Below, one piece after another: positions 9,467 to 18,296 of a DNA stretch of 64,000 nt. A model generated the notes under the pieces. It was not told the DNA's origin. It did not search any database and worked only from the letters and a program-made list of their open reading frames with translations. The stretch comes from Corallococcus coralloides. GTDB lineage: Bacteria; Myxococcota; Myxococcia; Myxococcales; Myxococcaceae. Position 1 is the first letter of the stretch. Each line of letters opens with the position of its first letter. The stretch lies in NCBI RefSeq assembly GCF_044792175.1, contig NZ_CP172866.1; one strand, written 5' to 3'. The position numbers were made by a program, and so were the translations under genes.

Positions 9467-11331
9467 GGGCAGAGAGTCAGGTCACGACGGCTCCCGCGGC
9501 GGGCGGGACGCAGGAGCAGAACCTCGTCCAGTTGCTCGTTCAGCGGGCCCAGAACGCCTCCAAGGTAGGCGTGACGCACAAGAAGGACGGGCGCTGGCAG
9601 GACGTCACGTTCGCGCAGGTGCTGGAGGACGTGAAGGCGCAGGCGGCGGGCCTCATCGCCCAGGGCGTCCAGCCCGGGGACCGGGTCGCCATCTTCGCCA
9701 ACACCAGCTTGCAGTGGATCATCGCGGACCTGGCCATCAGCGCGGCCCAGGCCATCACGGTGCCCATCTATGGCTCCAACACGCCGGATGAGTGCCGCTA
9801 CGTCCTGAACCACTCGGAGACGAAGCTGCTGCTCGTCGACAACGACGAGAAGGACGCCAAGCAGGCGGGCCGCCTGTCGCGCGTGCGCTCCAAGCTGGCG
9901 GACATCCCCTCGCTGCAGAAGATCATCGTCTTCGAGGGCCCGGTCTCCGGCGACAAGGAGATGTCGCTCGCGGACATGGTGGCCTCCGGCAAGGGGCAGC
10001 CCCAGGCCGCCGAGTCCGCGTTCGCCGAGCGCGTGGCGCAGGTGAAGTCGGACGACACCAACCTGCTCGTCTACACCTCCGGCACCACGGGCGACCCCAA
10101 GGGCGTCATCCTCACCCACGGCAACTGGGCCTATGAAGCGAAGGCCACCCAGGCCATGGGCATGATGAAGCCGGAGGACTCCGTCATGCTGTTCCTGCCC
10201 CTGGCGCACGTGTTCGCCCAGGTGGTGAAGGCCGCGTGGCTGTCCATGGGCTTCCGGCTGATCATCGCGGAGTCGGTGGACAAGCTGCTCGCGAACCTGG
10301 CGGAGACGCGCCCCACGGTGCTGCCGTCCGTGCCGCGCGTGTTCGAGAAGGTCTACAACAACGTCGTGGCCAACGGCTCCGCCGCGCCCGGCGTGAAGGG
10401 CAAGCTCTTCAAGTGGGCCTTCGGCCTCTTCGACGAGTACGCCGAGGCCAAGGGCCAGGGGCGCGAGTACGACACGCTGATGTTCAGCCTGGCGAAGAAG
10501 CTCGTGTTCTCCAAGGTGCGCAAGACGCTCGACGAGAAGCTTGGCGGCAACATGCGCATCTTCATCTCCGGTGGCGCGCCGCTGTCCCGGAAGATCGCCT
10601 ACTTCTTCGACCTGCTGGAGCTCAAGGTCCTGGAGGGCTACGGCCTCACGGAGACGAGCGCTCCGTGCAACGCCAACCGGGTGGAGAAGATCAAGATCGG
10701 CACCGTGGGCCCGCCGGTCCCGGGCACGGAGATCAAGATCGCCGCGGATGGTGAGATCCTCGTGCGTGGCCCCTGCGTGATGAAGGGCTACTACAAGAAC
10801 CCCGCCGCCACCGCGGAGGTGCTGGAGCCGGACGGCTGGTTCCACACCGGCGACATCGGCGAGGTGGACTCCGACAACTACCTGCGCATCACCGACCGCA
10901 AGAAGGACATCATCGTCACCGCGGGCGGCAAGAACGTGGCGCCGCAGAACATCGAGAACACGCTCAAGACCTTCCCGCTCATCAGCCAGGCCATGGTGTA
11001 CGGCGACAAGCGCCCGTTCCTCGTGGCGCTGATCACCGTCTCCGAGGAGCCGGCGCGCAAGCTGCTGGAGGAGAAGGGCATCGCGGTGGGCACCTACGCG
11101 CAGAACTCCCAGCGGCCGGAGATCAAGGCGGCCGTCGAGGAGATCATCAAGAAGGTGAACGCGGAGATCCCCCCGTACTCCAGCATCAAGAAGATCGCGG
11201 TGATGGACGCGGACTTCACGCAGGAGACCGGTGAGCTCACGCCCACCCTCAAGGTGAAGCGCAAGGTCGCCAGCCAGAAGTACATCAAGACCATCGACGC
11301 CATGTACGAAGGCGCCAAGGTCATGGACTGA
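9463..11331 (+). CDS. fadD: long-chain fatty acid--CoA ligase (AMP-binding, FadD type)
   Basis: AMP-binding motif YTSGTTGDPKGV and GYGLTETS. GTG start at 9463 behind GGAGGAG, overlapping the previous stop. Confidence 0.8.
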   Translation: MRAESQVTTAPAAGGTQEQNLVQLLVQRAQNASKVGVTHKKDGRWQDVTFAQVLEDVKAQAAGLIAQGVQPGDRVAIFANTSLQWIIADLAISAAQAITVPIYGSNTPDECRYVLNHSETKLLLVDNDEKDAKQAGRLSRVRSKLADIPSLQKIIVFEGPVSGDKEMSLADMVASGKGQPQAAESAFAERVAQVKSDDTNLLVYTSGTTGDPKGVILTHGNWAYEAKATQAMGMMKPEDSVMLFLPLAHVFAQVVKAAWLSMGFRLIIAESVDKLLANLAETRPTVLPSVPRVFEKVYNNVVANGSAAPGVKGKLFKWAFGLFDEYAEAKGQGREYDTLMFSLAKKLVFSKVRKTLDEKLGGNMRIFISGGAPLSRKIAYFFDLLELKVLEGYGLTETSAPCNANRVEKIKIGTVGPPVPGTEIKIAADGEILVRGPCVMKGYYKNPAATAEVLEPDGWFHTGDIGEVDSDNYLRITDRKKDIIVTAGGKNVAPQNIENTLKTFPLISQAMVYGDKRPFLVALITVSEEPARKLLEEKGIAVGTYAQNSQRPEIKAAVEEIIKKVNAEIPPYSSIKKIAVMDADFTQETGELTPTLKVKRKVASQKYIKTIDAMYEGAKVMD

Positions 11332-11461
11332 CGCACCAAAGCCCGACGCCCGTCCCTGGCCGCTTGAGAGCGAGCAGGGTACGGGCGTCACGGGTGAACG
11401 TTCAGGGATGTTGTGACGTCAGGGGCGGGGCCTTCCCGGGCCCACCCGGACGGACCCGCAC

Positions 11462-11698
11462 TCAGGCGTGGGAGCTGGGCGACTTCGCGGCGACGTCCTT
11501 GTCCACGGTGGTGGACGCGGACAGCGTGCCGGGCTTCTTCTCGGAAGCGTCGTCCTTGTCCTCGTCGCTGGAGAAGCCGCGCTTGAAGTTGCGGAGCGCG
11601 CTGCCCAGGGACGAGCCGAGCTGCGGCAACCGCGAGCCGCCGAACAGCAGCAGCAGCGCCGCGAAAATCAGAAGAATCTCAGGAAGCTTCAATCCCAT
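11462..11698 (-). CDS. tatA: twin-arginine translocase subunit TatA/E
   Basis: MGLKLPEILLIFAALLLLFGGSRLPQLGSSLGSALRNFKRG followed by an acidic tail. The start is taken at the second Met. Confidence 0.8.
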   Translation of the reverse strand: MGLKLPEILLIFAALLLLFGGSRLPQLGSSLGSALRNFKRGFSSDEDKDDASEKKPGTLSASTTVDKDVAAKSPSSHA

Positions 11699-11776
11699 GG
11701 CTTCGCTCCTCACGAAATGCGTGGGGGAGCATACCGGTGGGAGGTGGGTCGCGCTAGCAACTCCAGCGGCCGGGGC

Positions 11777-12826
11777 TCATGCCTGCCAGCCCGCTGGCTG
11801 CCCGAGTTCCTCTGGCAGCGATAAGGGCAGCGTAAGGAAGAGGGTGGTGCCGCCCGCGTCCACCCGGCCACCCACCTGGCCGCCATGGGCCTCCACCTCC
11901 TGCCGGGCCAGGAAGACGCGCAGCGGATCCTCCAGCTTTCGCTCGCGGAAGGCCCGCGCCTCGCACTGGAAGACAGCGTCGATGTCCTCTTCCGGAACGG
12001 CCGCGCCCTCGCGGCGCACCTCCACCCGCACCTGGGGCCCCAGGCGCTCGGCGCGCACGTGGAGCGCCTCGCCCGGCTGCGCGCGCGCCAGCAGGTGGTG
12101 CACGAAGGCCTCCACCGCGTGCTGGATGCGGCCCGCGTCCACCGTCACGTCGGGCAGCTCCGGCAGCGCGTCCAGCACCAGCCCCACGTTGGCGGCGGAC
12201 GCCGCGGCGCGCGTGCGCTCCACCGCGGCATCCAGGATGGGCAGCAGCGGCTGCCGCTCCCGCTCACACGCGAGCGCGCCCAGGTCCGCGCGGCTGGAGT
12301 CGAAGAAGTCCTGGGCGAAGGAGAGCGCCCGGTCCGCGTTGCGCAGGATGGTCTCCAGCCCGCGCTGCGCCTTGGGCTCCAGCGGGATGCGCCCGTTGAG
12401 CAGCAGGGCCGCGTACGAGCGGATGTTGGCCAGCGACCCGCGCAGGTCGTGCGACGCGAGCGACAGGAAGCGCACGCGGTCCGCCACGCGCTCGCCCGGC
12501 GGTGAAGCCTGGGACACCTGGGGTGAACCCTGCTCCAGACTCCAGGGCACCGGCAGCGCCCAGACCAGGCGTCCGCCGTCCTCCAGCGGCTCCTCGCCCA
12601 CCAGCAGGACGCGCTCCTGGCGCTCCCACAGGTTGCGCTCGCCGTCCTTGCGGCGGAAGCCCGCGGCGGCCATCAGCCCGTCGATGCCCGTCGCGGTGGG
12701 CGCGGGGGGCAGGGCCTCCAGCCCCAGGTAGTCCAGGAGCAGGGGGCCGAGCAGGCGGGGTGTCCCCTGCCGCGGCAGCAGCGCGAGCCCCGGCGCGGCT
12801 TCGTTGCCTCCAGGCGTCTCCCCCAT
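11777..12826 (-). CDS. sensor histidine kinase (cytoplasmic, N-terminal sensory domain)
   Basis: H-box LSLASHDLRGSL and a C-terminal HATPase_c domain. The start is set at the internal Met (MGETPGG...) because the upstream part of the ORF overlaps the divergent response-regulator gene. Confidence 0.7.
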   Translation of the reverse strand: MGETPGGNEAAPGLALLPRQGTPRLLGPLLLDYLGLEALPPAPTATGIDGLMAAAGFRRKDGERNLWERQERVLLVGEEPLEDGGRLVWALPVPWSLEQGSPQVSQASPPGERVADRVRFLSLASHDLRGSLANIRSYAALLLNGRIPLEPKAQRGLETILRNADRALSFAQDFFDSSRADLGALACERERQPLLPILDAAVERTRAAASAANVGLVLDALPELPDVTVDAGRIQHAVEAFVHHLLARAQPGEALHVRAERLGPQVRVEVRREGAAVPEEDIDAVFQCEARAFRERKLEDPLRVFLARQEVEAHGGQVGGRVDAGGTTLFLTLPLSLPEELGQPAGWQA

Positions 12827-13033
12827 CCACGTCACGCGGGCCTCCCTGGCCGTGCCTCGAATCAACGGAAGGGTGGGCAGTGACTGTCGGTTTTGCAACG
12901 GGCTCCGGCTCCGTCCGCGGGCCCCTTGATTTCTTGCACCCGGGGGGCCAGTGATGGTGGAAGATCGACCTCCGGTAGCGGCATCGAGGAGACACCTCTG
13001 ACCTCGCTCAACGCACAGCATGCTGATGCACCC

Positions 13034-13408
13034 GTGGTGCTCGTCGTGGACGACGATCCCGACATCCTTGAAGCGCTCTCGGAGATCCTGGAGGCCGAGG
13101 GCTTCGAGATCCGCCGTGCCCGCAACGGCAAGGAGGCCCTGGAGCGCCTGGAACCGGACCCTCCGCACCTCATCCTCCTGGACCTGATGATGCCGGTGAT
13201 GGACGGCTGGGAGTTCGCCCAGCGCATGCGCCAGAAGCCGGCCTTCGCGGGCATCCCCATCATCGTCCTCAGCGCGGATCGCAACGTCGGCAGCAAGGCG
13301 AAGGACATCGGCGCCATGGGCCACCTGGCCAAGCCCTTCGAGCTCAACGACCTGCTGTCGATGGTGCGACAGTCCCTCGGCCCCTCGGCGGACACGTCGC
13401 GCGTCTGA
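13034..13408 (+). CDS. single-domain response regulator (CheY-like receiver)
   Basis: VLVVDDDPDILEAL...LILLDLMMPVMDGWEF...KPF. The start is uncertain: the in-frame start could lie anywhere from the TTG at 12893 to the GTG at 13034. Confidence 0.7.
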   Translation: MVLVVDDDPDILEALSEILEAEGFEIRRARNGKEALERLEPDPPHLILLDLMMPVMDGWEFAQRMRQKPAFAGIPIIVLSADRNVGSKAKDIGAMGHLAKPFELNDLLSMVRQSLGPSADTSRV

Positions 13409-13504
13409 GCACGCCCCCCGTGGCCGTGCTTGACCGGGGCCGTGGCGCGCCACTACGGTCCGCGCAGGCTTGATTCACCAATCAACGCTAAAAAGGAGCG
13501 AGTC

Positions 13505-13834
13505 ATGGCGAGCGCGAAGGACATCATCGAGACGCAGATTCCCGAGAAGCTTCAGGCGAAGCCGGAGCTGGCGAAGGACATCAACGCCATCATCCACTTC
13601 GACGTCTCCGGTGAGGGCGGCGGCAAGTGGACGCTGGACACCACCAAGCCGGACGGCTGGGTGTCCGAGGGTCTCAACGGCGCGTCGAAGATGACGGTCA
13701 CCGTCAGCAACGACGACTTCGTGAAGATCCGCGAGGGCAAGCTGAACCCGCAGATGGCCGCCATGCAGGGCAAGCTCAAGTTCAAGCCGATGGACATGGG
13801 CCTCGCCATGAAGCTGGCGAAGCTGCTGGCCTGA
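13505..13834 (+). CDS. SCP-2 sterol/lipid-transfer domain protein
   Basis: 109 aa with the SCP2 pattern ...IHFDVSGEGGGKWTLD...KLKFKPMDMGLAMKL. ATG at 13505. A GC hairpin (13858-13891) follows. Confidence 0.7.
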   Translation: MASAKDIIETQIPEKLQAKPELAKDINAIIHFDVSGEGGGKWTLDTTKPDGWVSEGLNGASKMTVTVSNDDFVKIREGKLNPQMAAMQGKLKFKPMDMGLAMKLAKLLA

Positions 13835-13926
13835 GCCTCTGAGTCTCGTGTCGTACCGACGGCGCGTCACCCCTGGCGGGGACGCGCCGTCTGCATGTCT
13901 CCACCTCCCCCCTGGAGCCCCGTTTC

Positions 13927-15105
13927 ATGCCTGAGCCGTCTGCCCCCCTCGCGGGCCTGCGGGTGTTGGACCTGTCACGCCTGCTGCCCGGCCCGTACGC
14001 GACGCTGGTGCTCGCGGACCTGGGCGCCACCGTGGACACGGTGGAGGACCCGGACGTGGGGGACGCCACCCGCCACATGCCGCCGCACCGTGACGGAGAG
14101 GGCGCGCTCTACTACGGGCTGCACCGCAACAAGCGCTCGCTCGCGCTGAACCTCAAGACGCCCGAGGGGCGTGACGCGCTCCTGCGCCTCGTGGCCCGCT
14201 ACGACGTGCTGGTGGAGAGCTTCCGCCCCGGCGTCATGGACAAGCTGGGCGTGGGCGAGGCGGTGCTGCGCCAGAAGAACCCGCGGCTCATCTACTGCGC
14301 CATCTCAGGCTACGGCCAGACGGGGCCGGACCGGCTCAAGGCGGGGCACGACCTCAACTACGTGGCCCGCGCGGGCCTGCTGGGCTACGGCGGCGAAGCC
14401 GGCGGCGCGCCCGCGTTCCCGGGCGTGCAGATGGCGGACATCGGCGGGGGCAGCCTCTTCGCGCTGGTGGGCATCCTGGCCGCGCTGCACGAGCGCCAGC
14501 GCACCGGCGTGGGCCGCTTCGTGGACGTGTCCATGACGGACGGCGCGCTCGCCTTCCTCCACCTGCACCTGGCCTCGCGCCTGTTCATGGGGCAGGAGGG
14601 CACGCCGCTCCAGCGAGGGAGCGAGCCGCTCAACGGCGGCTACCCCAGCTATGGCCTGTACCGCACCGCGGACGACCGCTGGCTCGCGGTGGGCGCGCTG
14701 GAGCCCAAGTTCTTCGGCGCACTCTGCGCGAAGCTGAGCCGCCCGGAGCTGCTGGATGACGCGTACTCAGGGGGCGAGGACGGCGCGCGCGTGAAGGCGG
14801 AGCTCGCCCGCATCCTCGCGAGCCAGCCCCTTGCGCACTGGCGCGAGCAGCTCTCCGGCCCGGAGTTCTGCGTGGAGCCGGTGGCGGAGGGCGACGAGGT
14901 GCTCGCGGATCCGCAACTGCGCGCGCGCGGCCTCTTCGTGGACGCGGACGATGCGCAGCGCGGCATCCGCGTGACACACCTGCTCACGCCGCTGCGCATG
15001 GGCGACGTCGCACTGCGTCCACCGCCCACGCTGGGACAGCACTCACGCGTCATCCTGGAAGACGCGGGTTTCACGGCCGAGGAAATCTCGCGCCTGCTTG
15101 CATGA
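13927..15105 (+). CDS. family III CoA-transferase (CaiB/BaiF; alpha-methylacyl-CoA racemase-like)
   Basis: LRVLDLSRLLPGPYATLVLADLGA N-terminus, a conserved Asp region, and about 392 aa in length. Confidence 0.8.
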   Translation: MPEPSAPLAGLRVLDLSRLLPGPYATLVLADLGATVDTVEDPDVGDATRHMPPHRDGEGALYYGLHRNKRSLALNLKTPEGRDALLRLVARYDVLVESFRPGVMDKLGVGEAVLRQKNPRLIYCAISGYGQTGPDRLKAGHDLNYVARAGLLGYGGEAGGAPAFPGVQMADIGGGSLFALVGILAALHERQRTGVGRFVDVSMTDGALAFLHLHLASRLFMGQEGTPLQRGSEPLNGGYPSYGLYRTADDRWLAVGALEPKFFGALCAKLSRPELLDDAYSGGEDGARVKAELARILASQPLAHWREQLSGPEFCVEPVAEGDEVLADPQLRARGLFVDADDAQRGIRVTHLLTPLRMGDVALRPPPTLGQHSRVILEDAGFTAEEISRLLA

Positions 15106-15169
15106 ACAACGCGTGAAACGAACCCAGGAGGGCGGGTTCGCACGCGGATCCAAAGTGACCCGTTGCTGA

Positions 15170-15232
15170 TTGACAGCTCCGGGGCCACAGTTAGATCTTT
15201 CCTGTTTTCTGACTGGAAAATCGACTTTCAAG
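15170..15232 (+). promoter_or_regulatory. candidate sigma-70-like promoter plus imperfect palindromic operator upstream of the ACP operon
   Basis: TTGACA (15170-15175), a 17-nt spacer, then TAGATC (15193-15198). Imperfect inverted repeat CTGGAAAATCGACTTTCAAG (15213-15232). The intergenic region is AT-richer than its surroundings. Confidence 0.35.
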
Positions 15233-15253
15233 CCCTGGGAAGGAAGGTCCCCC

Positions 15254-15550
15254 GTGCCCGACGCGCAGGAGCTCGAGTCATACATCCGCCGGAAGTTCGC
15301 AGAAAACGTGGGTCTCACGGAGGAGGAGTTGTTCGCCGAGGATCTCTCGCTCGCGGCGCTGATCACGCGCTCCGAGCGCATGACCAACAGCGTGGACCTG
15401 ATGGAGGCCTTTGCCCGCACGTCCAACGGGCTGCGCAAGGATTTTGGACTGCGGGTCCGCCTGCCGGCACTGTCCCTGGATACACCGGTGTCGCAGGTCC
15501 TGGCGGTCTTCATGGGTGAAGTCACGAACCCGGAGCGGAAGTCGGCATGA
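15254..15550 (+). CDS. stand-alone acyl carrier protein-like (ACP/PCP fold)
   Basis: 98 aa. GTG start behind GGAAGGAAGG. Carrier-protein core LSLAALITRSERMTNSVDLMEAF, with a Ser in an ADSLD-like context. Overlaps the next gene (ATGA). Confidence 0.6.
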   Translation: MPDAQELESYIRRKFAENVGLTEEELFAEDLSLAALITRSERMTNSVDLMEAFARTSNGLRKDFGLRVRLPALSLDTPVSQVLAVFMGEVTNPERKSA

Positions 15551-16506
15551 GCGTCCTGGCGCGCAGCCTCGAACACGAAGAAGCGACCGGCGTCCCCTCC
15601 AAGGCTCCTCCGGGCGAAGGCCGCCCGGCCATCCTGGCGGAGCTGTACGAAGCGCTCACCCAGCGGGGCATGTCGCTGGTGGACGTCACCTGGGAGCAGC
15701 AGCGCCTGCACGAGTCGCGGCGCTGGAGCGTGGTGGAGATGCTCTCCCACGTGGACTCCACACAGGTGGGTGAAGCCGACCGGCACCTGGTGTGGAACGC
15801 GGGGCGGGCGGAGCTGACGACGAAGCCGGGCGCGGACCGGCTGGAGCGGCTGGCGGACGGAGAGTGCCGCCGGTGGCAGGAGAAGAACCCCACCGTCGCC
15901 GCCATCATGCAGGCGTGCGGCACGTGGAGCCGCTACTGGAACGAGGAGGAGGCGCACCACGAGACGGCGTTCAACCGCCTGTCCTCGGTGCTGAAGCTGG
16001 AGCCCGTCAGCGACGCCACCTTCATCGAGTTCCGCAAGGTCTTCCCCGACGACGACATGCTGCGCACGCTCACGCTGCTGGCCATCTCCGAGGTGGTGGC
16101 GGCGGTGGACTACGGCCAGTGCTCGCAGAGGGTCCAGGACCCGGGCCTGCGCGCGCTGTTCAAGCAGGTGGCCGCGGACGAAGTGCAGCACATGAACTAC
16201 TTCATCGCCTTCGCCAAGGCGCTGGTGGACAGCGGCGCCTACAAGGCCAAGGAGGCGTTCGCGGTGGCGCACCTGTTCCTGCGCGACGGCGGCGAGGTGC
16301 ACGGCAGCAAGCGCGAGCGCGTGGAGAGCCGCGACACCCACGTCAACTGGTGGGATCAGTTGGAGCACCGCGAGGGCTTCTACGCGCCGGACGCGCTGCG
16401 CAAGAAGGAGCAGCTCATCTTCCACGCCCTCAAGCGCATCACCGGCATCACGGTGGCGTCGCGCGAGGAGGTGGAGGACACCTGGATGGACCTCGTCGGG
16501 TGCTGA
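15547..16506 (+). CDS. ferritin-like di-iron carboxylate enzyme (acyl-ACP desaturase / AurF-like oxygenase superfamily)
   Basis: 319 aa with two E-x-x-H motifs, WNEEEAHHETAF and ADEVQHMNYFIAF, plus additional conserved Glu (ISEVVAAVDYG). Soluble, no TM segments. Confidence 0.55.
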   Translation: MSVLARSLEHEEATGVPSKAPPGEGRPAILAELYEALTQRGMSLVDVTWEQQRLHESRRWSVVEMLSHVDSTQVGEADRHLVWNAGRAELTTKPGADRLERLADGECRRWQEKNPTVAAIMQACGTWSRYWNEEEAHHETAFNRLSSVLKLEPVSDATFIEFRKVFPDDDMLRTLTLLAISEVVAAVDYGQCSQRVQDPGLRALFKQVAADEVQHMNYFIAFAKALVDSGAYKAKEAFAVAHLFLRDGGEVHGSKRERVESRDTHVNWWDQLEHREGFYAPDALRKKEQLIFHALKRITGITVASREEVEDTWMDLVGC

Positions 16507-16871
16507 TGGGCCTGGGCCACGACCTCCAGGCCATCTCGGAGCTGGAGGCCGCGCGGGCCCTGCGGGAGCCGGACGTCTTCTTCACCGCCGCGGAGCTCGC
16601 CCACTTCGAGCGCGCGGCGGATCCGCTGCAGAGCCTGGCGGCGGGCTTCAGCGCGAAGGAGGCCCTCTTCAAGGCGCTGCCCGCGGTCGCCGGCTGGTTC
16701 TGGACGGACGCGGAGCTCGTCCACGACGCCCGGCACGCGCCGCGCTTCCGGTTTCACGGCACGCTCGCGGCGCACCTGGCGCGCGAGGCCCTGCAGGTCG
16801 CTGTCTCGCTGTCACATAGCGGAGGGTTCGTCTCGACGGTGGTCATCGTGACGCGCGCTCCGTCTCCCTGA
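16506..16871 (+). CDS. holo-ACP synthase (AcpS-type 4'-phosphopantetheinyl transferase), operon-dedicated copy
   Basis: 121 aa with MGLGHDLQAISE... and FSAKEALFKAL motifs. The ATG overlaps the previous stop by 1 nt. Confidence 0.7.
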   Translation: MGLGHDLQAISELEAARALREPDVFFTAAELAHFERAADPLQSLAAGFSAKEALFKALPAVAGWFWTDAELVHDARHAPRFRFHGTLAAHLAREALQVAVSLSHSGGFVSTVVIVTRAPSP

Positions 16872-16910
16872 AGTCGCTGTCCCCCCCGGCAGCCAGAAGG
16901 ACATCCCCCC

Positions 16911-17357
16911 GTGCACTTCGAAGAGTCGTCCCTGACGCTGCGCGTGCGCCCCAACGACCTGGACACCCTGGGGCACGTGAACAACGCCACCACGCTGGAG
17001 TACCTGGAGGCCGGCCGTTGGGCCTGGCTGGAGCGGCAGGGGCTGACGCGCGGGGGGACGGTGGTGGCCGTGGTGTCGCGCGTGGAGGTGGACTACCGCC
17101 GCGAGATTCCCCCGGGCGACGTGGTGGTGCACACGGAGCTGGAGTCACCCGCGGCGGACGAGCTGGAGGAGGACGGCCTCAACTACCGCGCGCGCTTCCG
17201 GCAGCGCGTGTTCCTGGCGGCGGACGGGCCGGTGGCGGTGGAGGCGCTGGTGAGCGTGGCCTTCCTGAACGCGCGGGAGCGGTCGCTCGCGTCGCTGCAG
17301 CAGTTCCTGGCCGCCGCGCGCGCCCCGGCGGCCCCCGTGGAGGATCCGCGCCCATGA
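16911..17357 (+). CDS. hotdog-fold acyl-CoA/ACP thioesterase (4HBT/YbgC-like)
   Basis: 148 aa containing LDTLGHVNNATTLEYLEAGRWAWL. GTG start. Confidence 0.7.
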   Translation: MHFEESSLTLRVRPNDLDTLGHVNNATTLEYLEAGRWAWLERQGLTRGGTVVAVVSRVEVDYRREIPPGDVVVHTELESPAADELEEDGLNYRARFRQRVFLAADGPVAVEALVSVAFLNARERSLASLQQFLAAARAPAAPVEDPRP

Positions 17358-18271
17358 GCACGAACGCGAAGCCGGAGCTCGCGTCCCTGGAGTTCTGGGT
17401 GCCCACGTCCCAGGAGCACGCGCTGCACGTCGTGGAGGCGCGCCTGTCCGGGACACGGGACTCCGCGCCCGGCGTGCTCTTCGTGCCGGGGCTGTTCTCC
17501 GACGGCCGCTTCTTCCTGGGCGCGCAGGGTGACGGGGCCGCGCGCACGTTCGTGGACGCGGGCTGCGTGGCCTACGTCGCGTCCCTGCGCGGGCACGGCA
17601 AGAGCCGCTGGCCCGCGAAGCGCGCGTACGACTGGAGCTTCGACACGTACGTGCGCCACGACATCCCGGACCTGGTGCGGGCCGTGCGCGCGCGGCACAC
17701 CGGGCCGCTGTTCCTGCTGGCCCACAGCATGGCGGGCTACGCGGCGCTGGCGGCCCTGGGGGTGGACCCCTCGCTCCAGGCCGCGGTGTCTGGCGTGTGC
17801 ACGCTGTCCTCGGCGGTGAACGACTACAGCGACGGCGGGTTCAAGAAGCGCTTCCAACTGGGCTTCTCGGCCGCGCTGGCGGGGCTGCTGGGGCGCTTCC
17901 CGGCGAAGGCGCTGAAGCAGGGGCCCTGGGACGAACCGGCGGGCGTGATGCGGCAGTTCACGGACTGGGCGCCCACGGGCGCGTTCCGCAGCGCGGACGG
18001 CGCGACGAACTACTGGAGCGCGCTGCGCGACGTGACGCTGCCGGTGTTCGCGGGCGTGGGCGCGGCGGACCTGTTCCATGCGTCACCGATGCGCGTGGAG
18101 AAGCTGGTGGCCCACCTGGGCGGCACCCGCAAGGAGCTGGCCGTGCTGGGGCGCGCGCAGGGGCTGAGCTGGGACGCGGGCCACTTCGACGTGGTGCGCG
18201 GAGAGCGCGCCCGCGCGGAGGTGCTGCCCCGTGTGCTCGCGTGGATGCGCCAGGTGGCGCCCGCGCACTGA
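17354..18271 (+). CDS. alpha/beta-fold hydrolase
   Basis: 305 aa with nucleophile elbow AHSMAGY (GxSxG) and a GHGKS motif. The start overlaps the previous stop (ATGA). Confidence 0.7.
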   Translation: MSTNAKPELASLEFWVPTSQEHALHVVEARLSGTRDSAPGVLFVPGLFSDGRFFLGAQGDGAARTFVDAGCVAYVASLRGHGKSRWPAKRAYDWSFDTYVRHDIPDLVRAVRARHTGPLFLLAHSMAGYAALAALGVDPSLQAAVSGVCTLSSAVNDYSDGGFKKRFQLGFSAALAGLLGRFPAKALKQGPWDEPAGVMRQFTDWAPTGAFRSADGATNYWSALRDVTLPVFAGVGAADLFHASPMRVEKLVAHLGGTRKELAVLGRAQGLSWDAGHFDVVRGERARAEVLPRVLAWMRQVAPAH

Positions 18272-18296
18272 AGAACCCGGAGGGGAGGCTTTTCAC

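Noticed and set aside
13034-13408. Longer response-regulator start at 12893 (TTG)
   Set aside because: Upstream residues (MQRAPAPSAGPLISCTRGASDGGRSTSG...) are low-complexity and would overlap the divergent histidine kinase promoter region. Receiver domains normally begin just before the DDD acidic pocket. I kept the shorter call but the start is uncertain.
11777-13453. 558-aa version of the histidine kinase starting at 13453
   Set aside because: The first about 200 residues are Arg/His-rich, lack sensor-domain features and overlap the response-regulator gene on the other strand. An internal Met start at 12826 gives a clean sensor plus HisKA plus HATPase protein.
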